From Terriglobia bacterium (lineage in GTDB: Bacteria; Acidobacteriota; Terriglobia; Bryobacterales; JACQDG01), in assembly GCA_041482115.1 (NCBI GenBank), contig JBGPDC010000003.1, forward strand, positions 4,695-68,694: 64,000 bases of DNA. Reading direction: 5' to 3'. Of this stretch, positions 1-10,711 are shown piece by piece. Each line of letters starts with the position of its first letter. Position 1 is the stretch's first letter. Both the position numbers and the translations under genes were made by a program. A model generated the notes under the pieces. The model was given only the letters and a program-made list of their open reading frames with translations, searched no databases and had not been told where the DNA came from.

Positions 1-1
1 G

Positions 2-70
2 GCCTTGTCGTATGCTGCGGAACTGGCTCGCGAGACCACTACGACGCTGCCTTTGGAAGTGGGTGGGTGA
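2..70 (+). CDS. 3' end of a DUF433-type antitoxin-like gene (5' part lies outside the window)
   Basis: Frame +2 reads ...ALSYAAELARETTTTLPLEVGG, then TGA at 68-70. The YAAEL tail resembles DUF433 C-termini. The stop overlaps the GTG start (67) of the next gene (GTGA), the usual toxin-antitoxin coupling. Confidence 0.35.
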   Translation, partial: ALSYAAELARETTTTLPLEVGG

Positions 71-429
71 GGTTCAAGGTCGACGAGAACCTCCCGCAAG
101 AAATCGCAGAACTCTTTCACACGGCGGGATTCGATGCCGACACGGTCGTCAATGAGGGCCTGAAGGGGGCGGGCGATGACGTGATCGCGAAGGCAATACA
201 GTCAGAGCGACGTGCCCTGGTCACGCTTGACACAGACTTCGGAAACATCCGGGCATATCCACCGGAGGATTATTGGGGTGTGATTGTCCTGCGTCCGGCT
301 TACCAGGACCAGAGGACGGCTCGCGGCCGGCTTACTCGTCTAGTGCCGGTGCTGCGCGAGCGCACCCCGGAGCACGAACTGTGGATCGTGGAACACGACC
401 GCATTCGCTTCCGCCGCCGTGAGAATTGA
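67..429 (+). CDS. DUF5615 / Mut7-C-like PIN-fold putative toxin
   Basis: 120 aa. MRFKVDENLP... near the N-terminus and ...ALVTLDTDFG... mid-protein match the DUF5615 pattern. Coupled to the upstream DUF433-like fragment. Confidence 0.6.
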   Translation: MRFKVDENLPQEIAELFHTAGFDADTVVNEGLKGAGDDVIAKAIQSERRALVTLDTDFGNIRAYPPEDYWGVIVLRPAYQDQRTARGRLTRLVPVLRERTPEHELWIVEHDRIRFRRREN

Positions 430-504
430 CCCCGCTGAATTATAATAGCTTCGAGATTCCGGCCCCGGAAGTGCTGCAGGAGGCCGGTCAGGGGTGGTCT
501 GCGA

Positions 505-1179
505 GTGAACTCGATTCTGGTCATCGACGACGACGAAACGGTGCGTGAAACCATCGGGGTGCTGCTCGAGCAGGAGGGGTTTCGCGTACACCTCTCAGGC
601 GACGGCCGGCAGGGGTTCGAGCAGGCCGTGACCCTCAAGCCGGACCTGATCATCGTCGATCTGCGGCTGCCCGGCATGAGCGGCATGGAGATCTGCAAGC
701 AGGTGCGGGCGTCGAACCTGAGCACGCCGATCCTGGTGCTCAGCGCGGTCGGAGACGAGATCGACAAGGTGCTGCTGCTCGAGATCGGGGCTGACGATTA
801 CGTGGTGAAGCCCTTCGGCCCGCGCGAATTGCTGGCGCGGATACGGGCGCTGCTGCGGCGCACGGCGGGCGACACCAAGAAGGTCCTGCATTTTGGCGAC
901 GTCGAAGTCGATTTCGATCGCCGCGTGGTCTCACGTAAGGGCCAGGCCGTGAAGTTCACGCCGTCGGAATACAACCTGCTGGTGTATTTCTTGCAAAACC
1001 CGGATCGCCCGCTGACCCGCGATATGATCCTGAATGCCGTGTGGGGCTATGACTCGTCACCCAATACGCGCACCGTGGACATTCACGTGGTCAAGCTGCG
1101 CCAGAAGCTCGAACCGGACCCCAACGTGCCGCGCCACTTCACCACGCTGCACGGCGTGGGCTACCGGTTCTTGCTGTGA
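505..1179 (+). CDS. OmpR-family response regulator (receiver + winged-helix DNA-binding domain)
   Basis: ILVIDDDE and DLIIVDLRLPGMSG receiver motifs. C-terminal FTPSEYNLLVYFLQNP...RTVDIHVVKLRQKLE...HGVGYRF winged helix. GTG start. Confidence 0.9.
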   Translation: MNSILVIDDDETVRETIGVLLEQEGFRVHLSGDGRQGFEQAVTLKPDLIIVDLRLPGMSGMEICKQVRASNLSTPILVLSAVGDEIDKVLLLEIGADDYVVKPFGPRELLARIRALLRRTAGDTKKVLHFGDVEVDFDRRVVSRKGQAVKFTPSEYNLLVYFLQNPDRPLTRDMILNAVWGYDSSPNTRTVDIHVVKLRQKLEPDPNVPRHFTTLHGVGYRFLL

Positions 1180-1248
1180 GGTGCAGGTTTTACAAGTAGT
1201 TAACACCAGCTGGCTCGCGCGCGGGCCGCGGCCCTATCGACAATTAAA

Positions 1249-1635
1249 GTGACTATGTCGCGAAGGATTCTTATTGTTGAAGACGCCGATACGGCCGCCA
1301 CGACGCTTGAGATCGCGCTGACCGGCATTCCGGGCGTGCAGGTGGACCGGGTCCGGGACGGGTTGCGCGCGCTCGAATACCTGGCCCCGGAGAGCGGGCA
1401 CATCGTCGATCTGGTCATCACCGACCTGGACATGCCGTTCCTCGATGGCTATGAGCTGATCGGGCGGCTGCGGGGACAGCCGCAGTTCGCGCGGCTGCCG
1501 ATTCTCGTGGTGAGCGGCGGCGGCGACCCGCAAACGGGAGAGCGCGTGCTGCGCCTGGGCGCCAACGCCTATTTTCCCAAGCCGTGGTCGCCGCTCGCGA
1601 TGCGGCGAACCGTAGAGGACATTCTGAAACCGTAG
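1249..1635 (+). CDS. Single-domain CheY-like response regulator
   Basis: RILIVEDADT, DLVITDLDMPFLDGYEL, PILVVSGGG, YFPKPW. GTG at 1249 or ATG at 1255 could be the start. Confidence 0.85.
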   Translation: MTMSRRILIVEDADTAATTLEIALTGIPGVQVDRVRDGLRALEYLAPESGHIVDLVITDLDMPFLDGYELIGRLRGQPQFARLPILVVSGGGDPQTGERVLRLGANAYFPKPWSPLAMRRTVEDILKP

Positions 1636-1659
1636 CTGCGAGTTACGAAGAGGCGTCTT

Positions 1660-3039
1660 ATGACATTCCGCTGCGAGCGACTGAGCCGGCTGCTGGTGTC
1701 GGCGGCCCTGGCGCTGGTTCCGGCCGGCGCGCAGACCGCATCGTCCCTCGAGGCGCTAAGCGAGCGCCTGGGGCAACTGGAGCGCCAGAATGGGGAGTTG
1801 CAGGAGCAGGTCCGGCTGCTGCGCCAGCAAGTGGACCAGCTTCGCCAGGCGGCGCCGGCGACCGAGAGCGAGCGGCTCACGGCTGTGGAGGAGCGGGTGC
1901 AGGTTCAGGAGGGACGCCTCGCCGAGCAGGACCAGGTGAAGGTCGAGACCGCCCAGCGGGTGCCGGTGCGGCTGACGGGCATGGCGCTGTTCAATCTGTT
2001 CACCAACGGGCAACACAGCGGCGGCGGCGACAACCCCACCATCGCGGCGATCAATCCCGCCCCGCGCAGCGCCGGCGGCACCTTCCGGCAGAGCGTCATC
2101 GGTCTCGACTTCAATGGTCCCCAGGGCGTGCTGGGGGGCCACTTCCGCGGACAAGTTATGCTGGATCTGTTTTCGGGTAGCGGCGACCAGTTGAACCAGC
2201 AGGTGCGGCTGCGGACGGCTTTCATCGAAGGCCAATGGCAAAGCTGGGGGCTGCTGGTGGGGCAGGATAAGCCGATCATGGCGCCGCGGGAGCCGAATTC
2301 GCTGGCCCAGGTGGGCGTCTCGCCGTTGACCGCGGCAGGCAATCTCTGGCGCTGGCGCCCGCAGGTGCGCTTTCAAAAAACGCTGGACCTGGGGGCCGGG
2401 TCCACGCTGCAGGCACGCGTGGGGGTTTCGCAGACCGACGAGCGCTATACGCCGATCGCGCCGCCGCCCGTCGATCTGACGGCCGAGGCCCGCCGCCCCG
2501 GATACGAAGGCCGTTTCCAGTTCGCACATGCCTTCGACGACTTCCGCCGGATCGAGATCGCCCCGGGGTTCCACTGGAGCAACACGCACGTGGGAGGCTT
2601 TTCCGTCCCGTCGAGTGTCTTCACGCTGGACTGGTTCTATAACCCGCACCGCCGCCTGGAGTTTACGGGGACCTTCTTTACCGGGCAGAACCTGGCCAAC
2701 CTGGGGGGCGGCGGGGTGCGCCAGGGCTATACGATTTTCCGCCAGAATGGAATCGTGAGCGTGGTTCCGGTCCGCACGGACGGCGGCTGGGCACAGTTGA
2801 CCTTCCTTGCCACACCGCGGCTGAGCTTCAACGTTTACACCGGCCTCGACGATCCGAACAATCGCGACCTCGGTCCGAACGGGGTGACCAAGAACCAGGC
2901 GGCGGCCGGGAACGTGTTCTACAAGGTGGGGCCGAACGTGGTGTTCGGCGTGGAGTTTTCCCGGGTCCGCACCCGGTACGTGACGGGTCCGCGCCCGATT
3001 AACAATCACTATGACTTCGCCGTGGCGTATCTGTTCTAG
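1660..3039 (+). CDS. Outer-membrane beta-barrel (porin-like) protein with N-terminal coiled coil
   Basis: Signal peptide (LVSAALALVPAGAQ), then a roughly 70-aa heptad-like segment (LERQNGELQEQVRLLRQQVDQLRQ). The rest has an amphipathic strand pattern ending in the aromatic terminus FAVAYLF. Confidence 0.6.
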   Translation: MTFRCERLSRLLVSAALALVPAGAQTASSLEALSERLGQLERQNGELQEQVRLLRQQVDQLRQAAPATESERLTAVEERVQVQEGRLAEQDQVKVETAQRVPVRLTGMALFNLFTNGQHSGGGDNPTIAAINPAPRSAGGTFRQSVIGLDFNGPQGVLGGHFRGQVMLDLFSGSGDQLNQQVRLRTAFIEGQWQSWGLLVGQDKPIMAPREPNSLAQVGVSPLTAAGNLWRWRPQVRFQKTLDLGAGSTLQARVGVSQTDERYTPIAPPPVDLTAEARRPGYEGRFQFAHAFDDFRRIEIAPGFHWSNTHVGGFSVPSSVFTLDWFYNPHRRLEFTGTFFTGQNLANLGGGGVRQGYTIFRQNGIVSVVPVRTDGGWAQLTFLATPRLSFNVYTGLDDPNNRDLGPNGVTKNQAAAGNVFYKVGPNVVFGVEFSRVRTRYVTGPRPINNHYDFAVAYLF

Positions 3040-3064
3040 ACTGGTAGGCAAGTGGGAGAGTAAC

Positions 3065-3766
3065 GTGAGGATATTGCCACTGCTGGCACTGTGCGCCGGG
3101 ACCGCCGCCGCGGCCACTCTCAGCGGCCACGTGGTCGTGCTGAGCGCGGACCAGGGCAGCGCGAAAAAGAGCCGGGACCCCGCCGGCGTCGTGGTGTGGC
3201 TCGAGCCCGATAGCGGGCCGCTCGCCGCCCCGCCGCTGGCGCGGGCGGTGATGGAGCAGCGCAACAAGACATTCAGCCCGCACGTGATGGCGGTGCAACT
3301 CGGCACGGCGGTGGACTTTCCGAATTTCGATCCCATCTTTCACAACGTTTTTTCCAACTACGACGGCCAGATCTTCGACTTGCAGCTTTACGCCCCGCAG
3401 ACCACGCGGCGCGTGGTGTTTCGCCGGCCGGGCATGGTGCGGGTCTTCTGCAACATTCACGCCACCATGAGTGCGATCATTGCGGTGTTGCCCACCCCCT
3501 ATTTCACGGTCACGGGGTCCGACGGCTACTTTGCAATCCAGGCGCCGCCGGGCGCTTACCGGTTCCACGTGTGGCATGAGCGCAGCCAGCTCGAAATGCT
3601 GGCCAAGCTGGAGCGGAGCTTCACGCTGCCGGCGGCGGGCCTCGCGCTGGGAGAAATCCACGTGTCGGAGCAGGGCTATTTGGCGCTGCCGCACAAGAAC
3701 AAGTATGGGGGCGACTACCGTCCGCCGCCGGAGGATACGGTGTTTTACCCGGGAGGGCGGCACTGA
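3065..3766 (+). CDS. Secreted cupredoxin-like protein (amicyanin-type Cu site) with carboxypeptidase-regulatory-like C-terminal part
   Basis: GTG at 3065 is preceded by GGGAGAG and avoids overlap with the upstream gene. Signal peptide VRILPLLALCAGTAAAA. CNIHATM (C-x2-H-x2-M) matches type-1 copper ligand spacing as in amicyanin. GSDGYFAIQAPPGAYRFHVWHE is carboxypeptidase-regulatory-like. Confidence 0.5.
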   Translation: MRILPLLALCAGTAAAATLSGHVVVLSADQGSAKKSRDPAGVVVWLEPDSGPLAAPPLARAVMEQRNKTFSPHVMAVQLGTAVDFPNFDPIFHNVFSNYDGQIFDLQLYAPQTTRRVVFRRPGMVRVFCNIHATMSAIIAVLPTPYFTVTGSDGYFAIQAPPGAYRFHVWHERSQLEMLAKLERSFTLPAAGLALGEIHVSEQGYLALPHKNKYGGDYRPPPEDTVFYPGGRH

Positions 3767-3769
3767 CCC

Positions 3770-5527
3770 GTGCGGCTGCTGACCAAAATCTGGCTCTCGA
3801 TCTCGCTGGCCATCACGATTCTGTTCGGGGCCACCGGTTGGCTGATCTCCCAGCAACTGATCAGCCAGAGCATGGGACAGATTACTGCGGAGGTAGCCAA
3901 CAGCCTGCAGGCTTACCGGACGCTGTGGCGGGAGCAGGCCCAGACGCTCCAGACGCTGAGCGCCCAGATCGCGCGCGCCCCGCAGGTGCGGGCGGCGTTC
4001 GGCACCGGGGACGCCGCGACCATCGCCGATACGTCGGGCGAGCTCTTACGTAGTTTGGAAAGCCGCCTGGGCGACCGGGGCCTGGTGGTGGTCACGGACC
4101 CGCACGGCCGCGTGATCACGCGCCTGGCCGCCGGAGGCGTCTCGCCGGCGATCGAGCAGTTGGCCTTCGTCGATCAAGTGCGCGGGCGCTTCCCGGCGCA
4201 GCAAAACGGCTTCGGGCTGATCGGAGAAGATCTTTACGAGTTCGTCGTCACCCCGGTCTACGTGCAGGCCGGGGGAGACCTGGCCCTGATCAACGTGCTC
4301 GTCACCGGTTTTGAGGTCACCGATGCGGTCGCGGCGCAGCTGCGGCTCTCGACGGGCAGCGACTTCCTGTTCTTCTCGGGCGGCCAGCTTTTTGCTTCCA
4401 CCTTGGGTGGCAACGCGCGGCGGCTGCTGCCGTTACTGGGCCGGCATCCGGCGGGCCGTCCGGAGCGGGTGAGCGCCGGGGGCCTGGAGTTCATTGAGCT
4501 CTCCGAGCCGCTGGCCGACCTGCAGGGCGGCACGGCCGGCACCCTGAGCATCCTGCGCAGCATGGAGGCCGCCGCCGCCGGCACCAGCATCCTGCGGCGG
4601 CAGGTGGCGCTGATCTGGGTCGTCGGGCTGGTGCTGAGCTTCGCGCTGACGTTCGTGCTGGCCCGCACGATCATCCGTCCGATCGAGGCGCTCGATCACG
4701 CGGCGGCGGAGGTCGCCCACGAAAATTACGCCTATCGTGTCGAGCCGAAGTCGAACGACGAGATGGGCCGGCTGGCGCGCACCTTCAACGACATGTGCGC
4801 CTCGATCCAGCACGCGCGCGACGAGCTGATTCGCAACGAGCGTCTGTATACGGTGGGACGGCTGGCCAGCTCGATCGTCCACGACCTGCGGAATCCGCTG
4901 GCGGCGATCTACGGATCGAGCGAAATGCTGCTCCATACCGAGCTGCCGGTCCATCAGCAGAAGCGCTTGCTGGCGAACCTGCACAAGGCCTCGCAGAAAA
5001 TCCAGGGGATGCTGGAGGATCTTCTCAACATCTCCCGCGGGCGGACGACGGCGGCCCGCGAGGAGTGCGGGGTCAGCGAGATCCTGCGGGCGGCGGTCGA
5101 CCCGGTGCACGAGACGGCTCTCCACCAAAAGGTCGAGATCACGGTTGAAGCGCCGGAGGACGCGCTGGTGGAGGTCAACCGCGGCCGGATCGAGCGCGCG
5201 GTCGGCAACCTGCTGGTGAATGCGCTGGAGGCGATGCCGGAGGGGGGGCGCATCGCGATCCGCGCCCGGGCGGAGAACGGGTCGATCGTGATCAGCGTGC
5301 AGGACACCGGCCCGGGCGTGCCGCCGGAGATCCGGCAGCGGCTGTTCGAGCCGTTTGCCAGCGCCGGGAAGAGAAACGGCACGGGCTTGGGGCTGGCGCT
5401 CGCGCGCCAGACGGTGGTGGATCATGGCGGGGAGATGTGGGCGGAATCCGAGCCGGGACGCGGCGCGACCTTCTATGTCCGGCTGCCGCTGCTGGTGGCG
5501 GTGCCGGAGGGCCAGCCGGCCGCTTGA
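3770..5527 (+). CDS. Sensor histidine kinase (periplasmic sensor, HAMP, HisKA, HATPase)
   Basis: Two TM segments flank a roughly 270-aa loop. HAMP (RTIIRPIEALD...FNDM), H-box SSIVHDLRNPLAAI, N/G boxes LLVNALEAM, DTGPGVP, GTGLGLALAR. GGGAGGG lies upstream of the GTG start. Confidence 0.9.
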   Translation: MRLLTKIWLSISLAITILFGATGWLISQQLISQSMGQITAEVANSLQAYRTLWREQAQTLQTLSAQIARAPQVRAAFGTGDAATIADTSGELLRSLESRLGDRGLVVVTDPHGRVITRLAAGGVSPAIEQLAFVDQVRGRFPAQQNGFGLIGEDLYEFVVTPVYVQAGGDLALINVLVTGFEVTDAVAAQLRLSTGSDFLFFSGGQLFASTLGGNARRLLPLLGRHPAGRPERVSAGGLEFIELSEPLADLQGGTAGTLSILRSMEAAAAGTSILRRQVALIWVVGLVLSFALTFVLARTIIRPIEALDHAAAEVAHENYAYRVEPKSNDEMGRLARTFNDMCASIQHARDELIRNERLYTVGRLASSIVHDLRNPLAAIYGSSEMLLHTELPVHQQKRLLANLHKASQKIQGMLEDLLNISRGRTTAAREECGVSEILRAAVDPVHETALHQKVEITVEAPEDALVEVNRGRIERAVGNLLVNALEAMPEGGRIAIRARAENGSIVISVQDTGPGVPPEIRQRLFEPFASAGKRNGTGLGLALARQTVVDHGGEMWAESEPGRGATFYVRLPLLVAVPEGQPAA

Positions 5528-5550
5528 GGCGCGGCGGGCCGTTCACGCGC

Positions 5551-6738
5551 TTACGCCGCCTTCCGGTGCGCCTCGAAATCGAATAGCGCGCCGCGAATGG
5601 AGACGCCGCGGACGTCGATCCGGCTGAGGTCCGCGCTGCCGATGCCTTTGGCCTCCGCCAGCAGCATAGGGTTGTCGGCCCACGTGGGCCCGCCGGGATG
5701 CTCGGACGGTCCCGTACGCCGGAAGGGTATCTCGCCCCGCTTGGCCCGCGGGTCGAAACCCATGACGGCCGCCGCCACCGCGTCCGTGCAGACCGGGTTG
5801 CGGCCCACCAGCAGCACCTCGGGTTTGGCATACTTGCTGCCCTTTACCCACGGTCCCTCGCCGCCTACGGCCGACTCGATGCCGTCGATGATGGCCAGGT
5901 CGATGGGACGCGCCGCTACCATATCGACGATGATGCGCGGCAGCCGGTAGCCCTCGAAACGAGGGGAGGCCGGCTCGACCTCCTGCGGGGCGCTCCTGGG
6001 AGGCTGCCGCTTACCGGAGTGGAGCACCAGCTCCCGGCCGCCCCGGGGCAGCTCGCTCGGCTCGTCCTCCGGTACCGTGTCGCCGTAGACCGTGCAGGGC
6101 GTGTTGCCGAAGCAATTCTTAAACGAGAGGGTAAGGCCAGCCTCTTCGTGCTGCTTCAGCTTGGCCAGGCTGACGAAGACGTCGGTGTCCTCAAAGACAG
6201 GATTCAGATCGAAGGCCGGATAAATATAGCCGCCGTAGGGAACTGGGAGCCGGGAGTAACGCTGGCCCGGTCTCAGGAGGTTGGTGTTTTCGAATTCCAC
6301 TCCCGCCGCGGAGTTCTCGAGGATGGGGACATCCCAGCCGGAGTTAGCGAGGTGTTCTTCGAGCGGATCGGCGCCGCGGCTTTCGACCAGGCGAATGCGC
6401 TTGGCGCCGGCGCGGCCGAAGAGGTGGCAGCAGGCGCCTACCAGGTTGGGATGCACCCAGTGCGTGACCCAGACGGGATAGTCTCCATACTGGGCCCGGG
6501 CCCCGCCGGTAAGGTTCATCTTGAGGGTGACGGTCTTGTTCCGGACGAGGGTGGAGATACCGCCGATCTGGTCGAACATGCGGTTCAAGACCGAGACCAG
6601 GTCGGTGTCATAGCTGGAGCACTTGGCGATCGACACGGGAGCGGCCGGGGCCGCCGGAGGGGCGGCCCCGCCGATCGAAACGCTACCAAGCGCGACGGCG
6701 GAATCGTACAGCCATTGGCGTCGGGTTAGGTCAGACAT
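5551..6738 (-). CDS. Tat-exported DUF362-like protein
   Basis: Twin-arginine signal MSDLTRRQWL. VTLKMNLTGG and DGIESAVGGEGPW resemble DUF362. Confidence 0.55.
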   Translation of the reverse strand: MSDLTRRQWLYDSAVALGSVSIGGAAPPAAPAAPVSIAKCSSYDTDLVSVLNRMFDQIGGISTLVRNKTVTLKMNLTGGARAQYGDYPVWVTHWVHPNLVGACCHLFGRAGAKRIRLVESRGADPLEEHLANSGWDVPILENSAAGVEFENTNLLRPGQRYSRLPVPYGGYIYPAFDLNPVFEDTDVFVSLAKLKQHEEAGLTLSFKNCFGNTPCTVYGDTVPEDEPSELPRGGRELVLHSGKRQPPRSAPQEVEPASPRFEGYRLPRIIVDMVAARPIDLAIIDGIESAVGGEGPWVKGSKYAKPEVLLVGRNPVCTDAVAAAVMGFDPRAKRGEIPFRRTGPSEHPGGPTWADNPMLLAEAKGIGSADLSRIDVRGVSIRGALFDFEAHRKAA

Positions 6739-6981
6739 GGGTTTTCCTCACCACATAAAATCACCTGCGCCCCGACCGGCAGCGCGAAAGCCACAAGAAA
6801 CAGAATAACGAGTATCAAAATCCTAAATAGACTCACACCCATACTCGACTTCCTGAACAGCTAGAGGACTGAGGAAGTTCCACTTCCAGTTTGCTCCCGG
6901 TGGGAAGGGAAATTCAAGAGTTTCCTGAGGCTGAAGCGGACCCGGGGATCCCGGACGAAGAGGGTGGGGTTAGTACGCGGT

Positions 6982-7242
6982 TTAGCCGCCGCTCAGCGCG
7001 CAGAGGATGTGGACTTCCTGGGCGCCGCGCAACGGGACCCGCAGATCGCGCACCTGCTCGCAGTTTACGAAAATCTTGAGGTGCTCTCGGATGCCGTCCT
7101 GCTCGTCGATGATGCGGAAGCGCAGGCCGGGGAAGCGCCGGTCGAGCTCGGCCAGCAGCTCGACCAGGCTCGCGCCGGTGCATTCCACCTGGCTCTTCTC
7201 TCCGGTATAGGACCGCAGCGGGGAGGGAATGTAGACGTTCAT
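6982..7242 (-). CDS. MoaD/ThiS/CysO-like ubiquitin-fold small protein ending in Gly-Gly
   Basis: 86 aa. MNVYIPSPLRSYTGEKS... has a beta-grasp pattern like CysO/MoaD. The C-terminus is ...CALSGG followed by stop. Confidence 0.75.
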   Translation of the reverse strand: MNVYIPSPLRSYTGEKSQVECTGASLVELLAELDRRFPGLRFRIIDEQDGIREHLKIFVNCEQVRDLRVPLRGAQEVHILCALSGG

Positions 7243-8378
7243 GTCTCCACCACCTCCAGGGAATATATCTCGGGCAGGTAAGCCGCGAGGCGCCGCCAGC
7301 TTTCGCCCTCGTTGCGGCTGGCCCAGATCTCACCGCTGGTCGTCCCGAAGTAGACGCCCACCGGGGAGCCGCAATCCGCGGTCATCGACTGGCGCTTCAC
7401 GCTGAAGTACGCCTGTTCCTTCGGCAGGCCCTGGTCTTGGCGCTTCCAGGTTTTGCCGGCGTTGCGCGTCGTGTACACGGCGGGCTTGCCGCCGGGACTG
7501 GTGCGCGGCCAAACGGTGGTGCCATCCATGGGAAAGACCCACGCGGTGTCGATGTGGCGGGGGTGCAGGACCATGGGAAATCCGATATCTCCGATTTTCT
7601 TTGGCATGTTGTCTCCGATGCGCACCCAGCGTCCTGCGGCGCGGTCGAGGCGGTAAATGCCGCAGTGGTTTTGCTGGTAGAGCCGGTCGGGCTGGAGGGG
7701 ATGCAGGCGCACGCAGTGGGGGTCCTGGCCGTATTCGGGGTCGGGAATGGGGATGAAATCCGCGACCGAACCTTTATTCAACGGCTTCCAGTCTTGGCCC
7801 CGGTCGGTGCTCTCGAAGACTCCCCCGACCGAGAGGCCGAGGTACATGTGCTTCGGATCGCGCGGATCGATGAGGATGGAGTGCAGCGTGGCGCCCCCGG
7901 GGGGAGCATCCTGCCGCTCGTCCCCCGACCAGGTGGGGCGCTGGGGATGGTCGTTGAAACCGGCCACGCCGTCCCAGGTATTACCGCCGTCCTCGGAGCG
8001 GAACAGGCCGTGGGGAGAGGTGCCGGCATACCACACACCCTTCTCGGAGGCGTGTCCGGGCGTGAGCCAAAAGACATGCGCCACCACGCGCCCGGGCTTT
8101 CCTTCCGGAGCTTTGGGGAAGGCCGGGGGACGCTCGGCCTCTTTCCAGGTCTTGCCGGAATTGGTGGAGCGGAAAACCGTGGGGCCGAGGTGGCCGGCGC
8201 GGGCGGCCATTAGGAAGGTCCTTGGGGCGCGGGGGTCGGCGACCAGGTGATGGACGATATTTCCCAGCATGATGGGGCCACTGAGTATCCAGGAGCGGCG
8301 GGTGCGGTCGGTGCGCAGCAGAAAAGCGCCCTTGCGGGTGCCTGCCAAAAGAGTAAGAGAACCGCGCTGACTGGCCAT
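7239..8378 (-). CDS. BNR/Asp-box repeat beta-propeller protein (sialidase-fold, function unknown)
   Basis: Five Asp-box-like motifs (STNSGKTW, SEDGGNTW, STDRGQDW, TRNAGKTW, SRNEGESW). I chose ATG at 8378 (MASQRGSLTLLAGTRKG). The longer track ORF would run into the divergent kinase gene. The stop overlaps the MoaD-like start (ATGA). Confidence 0.65.
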   Translation of the reverse strand: MASQRGSLTLLAGTRKGAFLLRTDRTRRSWILSGPIMLGNIVHHLVADPRAPRTFLMAARAGHLGPTVFRSTNSGKTWKEAERPPAFPKAPEGKPGRVVAHVFWLTPGHASEKGVWYAGTSPHGLFRSEDGGNTWDGVAGFNDHPQRPTWSGDERQDAPPGGATLHSILIDPRDPKHMYLGLSVGGVFESTDRGQDWKPLNKGSVADFIPIPDPEYGQDPHCVRLHPLQPDRLYQQNHCGIYRLDRAAGRWVRIGDNMPKKIGDIGFPMVLHPRHIDTAWVFPMDGTTVWPRTSPGGKPAVYTTRNAGKTWKRQDQGLPKEQAYFSVKRQSMTADCGSPVGVYFGTTSGEIWASRNEGESWRRLAAYLPEIYSLEVVET

Positions 8379-8547
8379 AAGATTCCTCTTTCGTGCTAGT
8401 TTACCCGAAGGAGGGGGCCTCTCTGGGGCCAGCGCCCTTGAGCCCAGCGCTCTTAGGCCCCGCGCTCGGCGAAACGCCTTATGCCCATTGGCAACGAAAG
8501 GCAGTAGAATTGTTTGGATGCCAGGCAGCGTGGCCGGAACGGGCCGG

Positions 8548-10569
<2,022 letters not shown>

Positions 10570-10711
10570 GAAGCCCAGCCGGTGCATTCTGCTCTTGACT
10601 TCGGCGGGGCCTGCACCCAGAATGAACGGAAGCGGTCAGGCGTACGGTCGAGTGGCGTACTGCCGATTAGAGAGTGCAGGAAGGGCCCGGCGCCTTTCCA
10701 GCCGGCTAAAA

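Noticed and set aside
1756-3336. 526-aa minus-strand ORF opposite the porin-like and cupredoxin genes
   Set aside because: Shadow ORF. Its composition is dominated by R, A, G, P and L, with no motifs. It overlaps two plus-strand genes that have signal peptides and coherent domain structure.
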